Origin: Laetmonice hystrix
Taxonomy: Eukaryota
Length of the DNA stretch: 64,000 bases
Reading direction: 5' to 3'
Assembly: GCA_965235115.1 (NCBI GenBank)
Contig: OZ249436.1
Span: 7,504,001 to 7,568,000, forward strand
Shown: positions 13,801 to 22,733 of the stretch, piece after piece
Layout of the letters: each line of letters starts with the position of its first letter
Numbering within the stretch: position 1 is the stretch's first letter
The notes under the pieces: model-generated
The model's input: only the letters and a program-made list of their open reading frames with translations
What the model was told of the DNA's origin: nothing
The model's database searches: none
Position numbers and translations under genes: made by a program

Positions 13801-16800
13801 ATGAAAGCCTCAAGCCTATAAAACATTCCCAGTTCGTAAAAGCTTAAGATCTCGCTGAAGCTTAAGCTTAATGCTTCTGATTGGCTGGTCTAATCAAAAG
13901 CGTTAACTAAGCTTAAGCTTAAGCAAGATCTCAAGTTTTTACGAACTGGCCTCACCAAACAGGCCTGCGTTTTCTTTGACCATGTAGGCCTACGTAATTA
14001 TATTGGCGTTGAATAAGGTAGCACATGTGTCTACAGGTAGCAGATGTATTCACAGCTATTGTCGAAAGTAGGGTTATTTCCTGATACTAAACACTTTTTT
14101 CTTTCCTTCTACAGGGCCCGATGGGGAGAAGGGCATGAAAGGCCAAATGGGCTCTCAGGGCCAAAAAGGTGGCAGTGGAGAAAAGGGGGAGAAGGGCATA
14201 GTAGGATCCCCTGGCCATCCTGGCCCTCCGGGCAACGATGGAGCAAGCGGGGAAAAGGGCCTACCGGGCACGATGGCAGGACCACAAGGGCCCCAGGGAC
14301 CTGCAGGTCAAAAAGGTGAACAGGGCGATCAAGGGGCCCAAGGAAGCAAAGGAGACACGGGTCCTGACGCCAGGGACGGGACGAAAGGTACAAAGGGCAG
14401 TACTGGACCCCAAGGGCCTAAAGGTGAACAGGGGGATACTGGTACCATGGGCCTGAAGGGCAACGTCGGAGAACCAGGAACCCCATCAGACAAGGGAGCA
14501 CAGGGGGATACCGGATTGAAAGGCGTACAGCCTAATAGTGGACCGGACGGGGATCCTGGAGAAACGGGTGGTGGCGGGGACGGAGGGGACGTTGGTGCAC
14601 CAGGACTGGATGGTGTCGACGGTTCGAAAGGATCAATGGGCATGATGGGTGGGAGTGGGCCGGATGGGGCAAAGGGTGAAACTGGGGAGACCGGAGCTCC
14701 AGGGGAGGGTGGCACAGCGGGATCCAAAGGGCCAGGTGGTATGGCCGGAAACAAGGGCGAAATGGGCACAAAGGGATCGATCGGGGAGAAGGGCACCCCA
14801 GGAAAAACTGGACCGAAAGGAGACATTGGGGAAAAGGGAATGGCCAATGTCGCTGGTGATAAGGGTGATGTCGGTCCCCAAGGACCCAAAGGAGATACTG
14901 GACCAGGTGGAACACCGGGACTAAAAGGAAACACTGGTGGGCCGGGACCCTCGCCTCCAGGAGATAAAGGTGATAAAGGCCCAAAAGGTGATCCTGGAAC
15001 CTCGGAGGTTGGGCCACCTGGGGACAAAGGTAAAGCAGGACATCCAGGAGGAAAAGGGTACAAGGGCATCTCGGGACCTGACGGTAAGCGAGGAATGTAC
15101 GGCATAAAAGGATCGAAAGGATTAAAAGGTCATCCGGGACCTCCGGGTTATGTACAGGTTGCCGTCCCCAGTGGCCACAACGGGTTCGACGTTTACGGTA
15201 AGGAATTGGAATAAACTGTACACTCTAAAACAGATTGGTTGAATTAACCAATATTGATTGAAATGTGTCCAATCAATTCGGATTGGTTGGACACATTTCA
15301 ATCAATATTGGTTGATTCAACCAATATCTTGGCAATTTCAACCAATCTGTTTTTAGACTGTAAACAAAAGGATAAGCTCCACTCAGTGGTGGATTACGGG
15401 TAGAGTCTACCTTGGGCCCCGGGCTGTACCCCACCCCGGCCACCATTAACACCACCATCCCCTATCCCATAATACCGAAGTACTCAGGGGTGCGTTTCAC
15501 AACCATCGTTATCCTGTCATGCGTTAAAATCCCCACTGAAAATACATTGGTGTTAATGATACGACAAGCTAACGAGAGGTTGTGAAACACACCCCAGGAG
15601 GCATCCGTGTTAAAGCACAGGCACCGGATTTATTTATTTAAAATTCAAAGTTTTCAAAATAATTCTTTAACGAAACTCGCTTCCGTTTAGAATAACAAAG
15701 TTCAAATTTACATAAGAGTGAAACTCGTGCGTATTAGCCGCCCCCTTTTTTGCATGTGCCTCATCAAGGCAGGAGCCCTGGGTGGCCGCCGTGATCACCC
15801 AATGGTAAATCCACCACTGGCTTCACTGCCAAGCAAAACCAGGCAAAAATAGTTTGAACCTCATTCTGCAATCTGTCCATGACGACGACGACGCCGAACC
15901 GTTTTCTCTTTTGGATTCAGAATTCTGTCGGGACCAATACATCCTGAGCGGCGGAGATCAGTTGGAGCGAAGCTACCGGACGTCTGCCTTGGTCTGTGAG
16001 GAGTATGTTGTCTGCAACATGGGCTTCGGCGAGATCAGATCCTGCTCGTCGGGCCTTCAACTCGACACAGTCACTGGCAGCTGCATCCTGTTCTGTGACG
16101 GGCAAAGTAAGTCTGGAAGCTGTCGTTCAGCCACGCTGCAGTTTGAAGGGCTCTGTTAAGACCCATTTTGCAATATGTGCCCATGCATGTTTTTGTAATA
16201 ATGGGCAATCTGTGCATAATGTGCATCTGTATCTGTGAATGTGATTTGCATCACATGACTATTTGTTGCACGTTGCATACATTCTACCGACACGGTAATC
16301 TTCAGGCTAGTCCTTTTTCACTTCTTGTCACCAATTAGCAGGGAGGTGATAAAATCATTGATTTAAATCATGATTAAAATGAAGGCAAAACAAACATAGG
16401 GTTTAATTTTTTGATACTGAATTATTATGAAAAGCAATGTCAACATGGTAAGCAAGTAAGATAAAACGTTGTTTTTCAGAATAATTCATATTACAAAATA
16501 AAAGTTTGTAAAATAATTCTACTTCTTATTTATTATCTGCAGCAGACTATAGAAATTTACTTTCAATTGATGTCCCTAAAAGGGGAATTTTTTAGAATTC
16601 CTTTAAAATAATTATAAAAATCTGATTAAATAAGAAAAATCTATTTTTTATATTAGAAACAGGCATGACCAATCATGAAAGTTTCATGAAAATCTGTTCA
16701 TTACTTTTTGAGATATCTTGCGAACAAAGATGGTAGATACAGACTACAAGAGCTTTGTAGGGCACAAATTGTGGCACTAAAATGCGGGCATCAATAAACA

Positions 16801-19276
16801 GCGAACTGAGCGAACTGAACGAACTGAGATCGATTAGTTACGCCTGGGGAATTCCAAATAGGGACTGGCTATTGACACCAACACGGAAACAACCGACCTA
16901 AATTAGTTTGACTAATTCCGACACGAAAAAGTGTGTTTGGGTTAGGGTAAAGGTTAGCCTAGGGTTAGTTTAGTCCCAAAATTGTTGTTAAATATAGGCA
17001 CTAACTTCCGGCCGTGACGTCATATATTCTACCTGAAGTCACGGGCGTGTAGCAAGACTAATCGATCTCAGTTCGCTCAGTTCGTTCAGTTCGCTCAGTT
17101 CGCTGTTTATTGATGCCCCTAAAATGCTGCCGCAGTCGGCGAGATTGGGGTGTCCGTAGTCGGAAACAGCTGAACAACTTTGACGGGACAAAGGATGAAC
17201 CTTTGACATTTTCTGAGGCAGAAGTTGACTTTTTGCCTAGGGCCTATCGAGTGTATGGAGGCATATTGATCAGTCATAGGCCTATGGTTTTTGGAAACAA
17301 TCGTGCAACACACTCCCTAAGTTATATCTTAACTATTTGAGCAGCAATTGTGTTCAAATCTTTTCTAACTTACTTAGAATTCACGACCCGATGTGCGCTT
17401 GGCCCGTACAAACTGGCGCCAGTCTTTTCTTTCAAGAGGGCCCTCCATAAATGACCAAATGAAGCCAATGACATACCCTCCCTCCAAAACAGGGAGGGGG
17501 AGTAGCCCAACCACTATTTTCTCACGTCTGCAATAGCAAAGAGACCTTGTCCATCATCCCCCATAGTACTTGCCTATTCTAGCAGAGAGCATGGCACTTT
17601 TGACAAAGTTTGCCGGTATAGATCTATTCAGGTCGAGTCATAAATTCGTGGGGAAACAACGATCATGATGATTTTAAAATCCAACCCACATAGGCCTATT
17701 ACATCTGAAGGGTTAACGACATATAGGCCTATTACATCTGAAGGGTTAACGACATATAGGCCTATTACATCTGAAGGGTTAACGACATATAGGCCTATTA
17801 CATCTGAAGGGTTAACGACATATAGGCCTATTACATCTGAAGGGTTAACGACATATAGGCCTATTACATCTGAAGGGTTAACGACATATAGGCCTATTAC
17901 ATCTGAAGGGTTAACGACATATAGGCCTATTACATCTGAAGGGTTAACGACATATAGGCCTATTACATCTGAAGGGTTAACGACATATAGGCCTATTACA
18001 TCTGAAGGGCTAACAACACTAGAGGTATTTTTGTATAGGTATTTTCCCGTCGGATGATTGTATCAATTGAAACTGGATGAAATATGAACAGTATTTGCAC
18101 ACGCCAAGTCTTGAGGGAAATCAATTAAAATGAGTCCGCGCGGGTAATGCGCACAATTTGTACACTGGATCGATTGGGCATAGAAAGCTCCTTGAGTTGG
18201 TGGGACATAATGGTAACTCGTTCCCTGTATTTGGTGAGGTTTACCAAACCCTCGAGAAGCCACATCTTATCCACTTGAAATCACCTTTAGGACAAATGAT
18301 TTTGGGAAAAGTTGGAATTATTGTGTGATTTTCTTCCCTGTCCCGTTCCACCGTCCCTGATGATTGTTATAAGGGGGGGGGGGGGTGTTAAAATCATAGG
18401 AATTTTAGCCAACAGAACGTTTTCCTGTTCAATATGAGACCACATAAAGCTAAACGTAATCGGGACAGAACATAATGGATCTGCACGTGTTTTATGTGAT
18501 GCAAAGTGCCGTAAAATGCTACTTCGCATTTTTCTCAGCACCGTGCACATGTCAGAGATAAGCAGTGTTTGTTTACACAATTAATATGGTATAGGCTGTA
18601 ATGCCACAGAGTGTGCATTCCCAGAGGTGCACGTTTTCGGCCTGACCCGGATGTAGATCTCTCGGTGTAATGTGTGGCTATAAATTTTACATCAATATCA
18701 AGAAAATAGGCCTGTATTTGATCAAACTTTGCCGATTGATTTTGCACTTCTGTGACATGGTTCAGGACATAACATCCTGATCTAACCGTTATACAGGGTG
18801 GCCCTAAAAAAGTCCAGGCCAAACTAGGCAACCTCAGAACCTATGTTCCCCCATATCCTGATAGAGAATCCTTTTACATGAATAATAGTCTACAATTCAT
18901 CAAAATCAGTCAAGCAATTCAAATTATGCCGTTATTGGTGGGGGCAAGTATTTGTCTCTTTTTACAGAGGTTTGGTGTGGACATTTTTTTGGGAGACACC
19001 CTGTATAGCTCTGTATAATCTATTAGGCCTACGGGGCCGTTTTACTGCCGCACAAAGAGTATAAGTGTCTCTTGTTATTTTACTCCAGAGCTGACCCGAG
19101 TTCTGTACGTCGCGGCGTTCGCGGTGGCGGCGACACTGGTTTGTCTTGCCGTCTGGGTGTGTCGTCTGAGGTCCAGGACCAGGAACGCCGCCATCACCAC
19201 CGCCGCCACATCTGTCTATGATTCACCCGGCACCGAGGCTGTTCTCTGCATGGACAAACGGCAACTAATCCGATAA
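10860..19276 (+). CDS. Predicted type I transmembrane collagen-like protein with a chitin-binding (peritrophin-A/CBM14-like) domain, multi-exon
   Basis: Exon 10860-10935 encodes a signal peptide (MAPKMLKLVQIQLFLLAILQTSHSA). Probable exon 12744-12846 (joins uncertain). Exon ~13322/13359-13677 is Cys/beta-rich. Exon 14115-15197 is Gly-X-Y. Exon 15921-16106 is a six-Cys domain. Exon 19089-19276 is a TM helix plus tail to TAA. The junctions 13677>14115, 15197>15921 and 16106>19089 are phase 1 with canonical GT/AG. Confidence 0.72.
13828..13951. mobile_element. Palindromic MITE (degenerate relative at about 5195-5330)
   Basis: ccagttcgtaaaagcttaagatct...agatctcaagtttttacgaactgg inverted repeat; shares the gcttctgattggctggtcta core with 5240-5260. 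Confidence 0.55.
14115..15197 (+). CDS. Collagen triple-helix exon (about 345 aa Gly-X-Y, Lys-rich, several interruptions)
   Basis: ORF 14135-15214 is near-continuous G-X-Y; acceptor ttttctttccttctacag before 14115; donor tacg|gtaagg after 15197. Confidence 0.92.
15221..15360. mobile_element. Palindromic MITE (CACTCTAAAA...TTTTAGACTG) flanked by TA
   Basis: Near-perfect fold-back with repeated CCAAT/ATTGG; a similar degenerate sequence lies at about 35675-35800. Confidence 0.55.
15921..16106 (+). CDS. Chitin-binding type-2 (CBM14-like) domain exon
   Basis: EFC...CEEYVVCNMGFGEIRSCSSGLQLDTVTGSCILFC matches the C-x-C-x5-C-x9-C-x12-C-x-C peritrophin-A spacing with C..Y..C..G and C..GL..D hallmarks; acceptor ttttggattcag, donor caaa|gtaagt. 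Confidence 0.7.
16786..17118. mobile_element. Mutator-like (MULE) MITE
   Basis: TIRs of about 50-60 bp, GGGCATCAATAAACAGCGAACTGAG...CTCAGTTCGCTGTTTATTGATGCCC; 9-bp TSD CTAAAATGC at 16777-16785 and 17119-17127. Confidence 0.88.
17690..18018. repeat. 33-bp minisatellite, 10 near-perfect copies
   Basis: Unit ataggcctattacatctgaagggttaacgacat repeated head to tail in the collagen-gene intron. Confidence 0.95.
18794..19003. mobile_element. Tc1/mariner-type MITE
   Basis: ta-CAGGGTG...CACCCTG-ta termini. Confidence 0.6.
19089..19276 (+). CDS. Transmembrane and cytoplasmic-tail terminal exon
   Basis: Acceptor ttattttactccag; reads KLTRVLYVAAFAVAATLVCLAVWVCRLRSRTRNAAITTAATSVYDSPGTEAVLCMDKRQLIR-stop; about 21 hydrophobic residues followed by a basic stop-transfer cluster. 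Not in the ORF track because it has no start codon. Confidence 0.72.
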
Positions 19277-20503
19277 TACTATTAGATCTACGTACGTCGT
19301 GTTGACGTCGCCACACATGCTGCAAGCATGTAGGGCAGGGGAAAGCGATGCGCCATTCTAATCAAGTGTCGGCATGGTCTCGTATTTTAGCAGCAGTCTG
19401 AACACCTTACGCAAACATGTGTATCTATATTTAATGAGTCTCTGGATAGTATCTGCGCCCTGTGTATGGATATAAAGAGTTATAATGATCCAGGTGGATA
19501 TAAAATGATTAACCTTCAAAGTCAACCAATTAGGGAAGCCATTTATAGGTCATTCATCACCATGAAGATCATAAAGTAATTATCATATACAGGGTGGCCC
19601 ATAAAAACCGGAATAGTATACGTATTTCCGTTATGCTGGTACCTATAAAACATAATAATGTGATCACAGGACCCCGCTTTCACGACGGCTCCCAGCCGAG
19701 TAGGTAATCCTGTTTAAAGATGCTCAAAAAAGCAACAGCAAAAAAATGGTATACATGCATGGTAGGAAAGGGAATCTGTCTTTATGAAAAATGACACAAT
19801 AATCATCTGATTCGGTTGAGTAGTTTTCTAATGGGAGCTATTTTGATGTGGCAAGTCTGGGTTCAACGGTACAGCACTGGAATTTCTTAACCATGATACT
19901 TCCCACCTATAAGTGTAGGCCACGTTGAACATTTTGTTGTTAAGTTTGAATTGTAGTCTTCCCTTAAGTTTGAAATAAAGTCCTTCTAGTCTTCTTTTGT
20001 TACACAGAATTTATGTTTTATGAGTAATGACAACCAAGACCGACTTATTGCACAAAAAAGGCTGTCATTAAAATCTAGTAATCCGAATATGGCGATCTTG
20101 GTGTTGAGACCGCCACGGTCTCAGCGTTAGCACTGCCGGGCCTCCGCCCGCTCTGACTGCCGACGACACAGTGTACACACACCGCCCCGGCCGCCGGTCG
20201 AGGCTCCGACCGCCGCGGTGATATAAACAACTCCCGATTTATTGTCTTTCACTGTCATACTGCTTTCACTTGCATGTATTATGATGTCAGGGTTAATACC
20301 TTTAGGAGTGGCCAGTTTTTATTTCTTTTAAAGCCACTTTAGGAAGGGTTTTAGGCTTCGGTGGAATCATGACAGTCGCTCGGTGGGTTGCGCAGCAACG
20401 GCTTGTTATGATTCGGTGGCACCGAGTCCCACCGAACCTCCACCGAGCCTCCACCGAGGTCCCACCGAAGACACCGAAGGCAGGGTCATGTGACGGCTCT
20501 AAG

Positions 20504-20541
20504 CCAATCAGGGCGCGTCTAGCGACCCGGTTACTATAAAA
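20504..20541 (+). promoter_or_regulatory. LTR core promoter: CCAAT box (20504-20508) and TATA box TATAAAA (20535-20541)
   Basis: agCCAATcag and cTATAAAAgggg closely spaced, downstream of a CACCGA array; duplicated at +7676 in the 3' LTR. Confidence 0.65.
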
Positions 20542-20951
20542 GGGGCGTGTCTTCGGTGGCGGGAGATTCGATACTAGAGACACTAGAGCTGACAGATCGG
20601 TGTTTTAGCAAGCGGTACAACCGCCTGAAAACCTTGAGAAAGGTACGTCGGCCATGGTTCCGACAATTAGTTACACCGTTCTCGTTCGTTTGACACTTGT
20701 TACGTTGGGTTGTCTCAGTTGTTAGAATTATTTTGACTCTGGTTTAGGTGTTCAATCAGGAATGTCTGTTGGTTACCTCACCCACCCGGGCCCCGCCCAC
20801 TTGACTGCCGTCCACCCATTTTAATGTTGACAAACAATCCCTGTCGTTTGACATGGTAAGCATGCTGCATGGTAGGTCTAGAATTAGCGTTGATTGTTTG
20901 ATGATGTTTAACTTTCAGGTTTAGGCCTAAGGCTAAGAGTAAGATTTAACC

Positions 20952-21923
20952 CTAGTTTTAACAGTGTGATATCTCATTCCACTGAGCCTGAGGGCTTACA
21001 CCACAATGGTGGTGACTAACTAGTATTAAACTAGTATTAAGCTAGAGTTAAATCATTAAAACTAGTTTTAACAGTGTGATATCCCATTCCACTGAGCCTG
21101 AGGGCTTACACCACAATGGTGGTGACTAACTAGTAGTAAGCTAGAGTTAAATCATTAAAACTAGTTTTAACAGTGTGATATCCCATTCCACTGAGCCTGA
21201 GGGCTTACATCACAACGGTGATGACTAACTAGTATTAAACTAGAGTTAATTAGATTAAATCATTAAAACTAGTTTTAACAGTGTGATATCTCATTCCACT
21301 GAGCCTGAGGGCTTACACCACAATGGTGGTGACTAACTAGTATTAAACTAGAGTTAAATTAGATTAAATCATTAAAACTAGTTTTAACAGTGTGATATCT
21401 CATTCCACTGAGCCTGAGGGCTTACATCACAACGGTGATGACTAACTAGTATTAAACTAGAGTTAAATCATTAAAACTAGTTTTAACAGTGTGATATCCC
21501 ATTCCACTGAGCCTGAGGGCTTACATCACAACGGTGATGACTAACTAGTATTAAACTAGAGTTAAATTAGATTAAATCATTAAAACTAGTTTTAACAGTG
21601 TGATATCTCATTCCACTGAGCCTGAGGGCTTACACCACAATGGTGGTGACTAACTAGGATTAAATTAGAGTTAAACTAGCTTGGATAATTAAGCCTAGAT
21701 TTAGTCCAGTGTGATACTGATCACCTGAGGAATTACATCACTATAAGTGATGAGTCCAGTGTGATACTGATCACCTGAGGAGTTACGTCACTATAAGTGA
21801 TGAGTCCAGTGTGATACTGATCACCTGAGGAATTACATCACTATAAGTGATGAGTTATATGTTTAGTCCAGTGTGATAATTGATCACCTGAAGAATTGCA
21901 TCACCATAGCCCAGGTGATGAGT
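20952..21923 (+). repeat. Hairpin-motif tandem array in the 5' LTR: 7 units of 99-110 bp plus 4 units of about 50-60 bp
   Basis: Long units start at 20952, 21062, 21161, 21269, 21378, 21477, 21586; short units at 21703, 21753, 21803, 21865. Shared core CAGTGTGATA..CCTGARG-NN-TTRCRYCAC-loop-GTGRTGA. Confidence 0.93.
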
Positions 21924-22288
21924 TAGGGTCAATCAAGTGCACATTGGTTCGATAGGATTTCTCCCACCGGTTTTGTGTGGTCAGGGAAAGCATGATTAGG
22001 AAGTGAGATCTGATTAGAGTAGATTAGTCTCATTAGATCTAGTTTAGCACAGGAGGTGTGTATAGCTGAAGCTAGGGTGTATTAACTATACATGTACTAG
22101 ACATTGGTGAGTGTATTTGACTACTTTGGTAGAAAACCAGGTAATGTTTAGGGGTCATTGTGTCATGGTAAGGTAATCCATGCCACAGGTACGTGTGTAT
22201 TGTACATAGAGGTTAATGAAGGTATTGTGATTACTTCCACCTGAGGACAGCAGCCAGGAGTCTACAAGAATGATGTATCGACGTCAGT

Positions 22289-22294
22289 AATAAA
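22289..22294 (+). promoter_or_regulatory. Candidate LTR polyadenylation signal (copy at 29965-29970)
   Basis: AATAAA about 260 bp before the LTR end; the only AATAAA I noticed in the LTR. Confidence 0.5.
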
Positions 22295-22558
22295 ATCATT
22301 TTAATTTATACATACTGAAGTCCAGTTTTACAACCGTAGTCCAGATCCAGGATAATTCGCCCATATCCCGTTTTTATTTTTATTAAACTGCCCGCCTTGG
22401 AATCAGTGTAAAGCAGGGTATTCACCGTTACCCTTACGCAATTAGCTTTTGGCCATAGTATAGCTACCCCACGTGTTAACAGCACAGCGTTACCATATTC
22501 CCCGTTATTTCTTTTCCCCTTCCCAAATCCCTGTCGGTCCCAGGACGGTCACAGTTTT

Positions 22559-22576
22559 TGGTGGCAGCGGTGGGAT
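22559..22576 (+). other. Primer-binding site complementary to the tRNA-Leu 3' end
   Basis: TGGTGGCAGCGGTGGGAT is the reverse complement of ATCCCACCGCTGCCA-CCA, the eukaryotic tRNA-Leu(AAG/TAG) 3' end; 5 nt after the 5' LTR. Confidence 0.88.
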
Positions 22577-22733
22577 CTGGTGAATTCTATTTTATATCCT
22601 GGAAAAAAATCTGGACTATAGGTAATTATAGGACTAAACCAAGAACGTTGGTTAAATGACATAGTCCTAAAACTAAAGTAGGATAGGTCAATCTAGATAC
22701 TGTTAGGTAGGAAGTAGGAAGGTAAACATAAAT

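Larger units (their letters stand above)
20105..22553 (+). repeat. 5' LTR (2449 bp)
   Basis: TGAGACC...GGTCACA; direct repeat of 27781-30229 with no differences found by eye. Confidence 0.96.

Noticed and set aside
14329..15105. 258-aa Pro-rich minus-strand ORF
   Set aside because: Antisense shadow of the collagen Gly codons.
17665..18057. 130-aa repeat protein ORF as a standalone gene
   Set aside because: Product of the 33-bp minisatellite; no synonymous variation in nine units and no convincing splice sites.
20302..20583. 93-aa minus-strand ORF duplicated at 27978-28259
   Set aside because: Duplicated only because it lies in the LTR; overlaps promoter motifs; no protein features.
20955..20975. 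Iron-responsive element (CAGTGT loop)
   Set aside because: The flanks do not form the 5-bp upper stem and there is no bulged C.
20952..21923. CRISPR-like array
   Set aside because: The sequences between conserved cores are themselves near-identical, not unique spacers; no cas genes; eukaryotic LTR context.
20952..21923. Box C/D snoRNA cluster (GTGATGA and CTGA present)
   Set aside because: The C-box-like sequence is one arm of the covarying hairpin and becomes GTGGTGA in four of seven long units; no terminal stem.
21703..21923. Hammerhead ribozymes (CTGAGGA/CTGAAGA followed by a stem)
   Set aside because: The required GAAA after stem II is absent, and long units read CTGAGGG.
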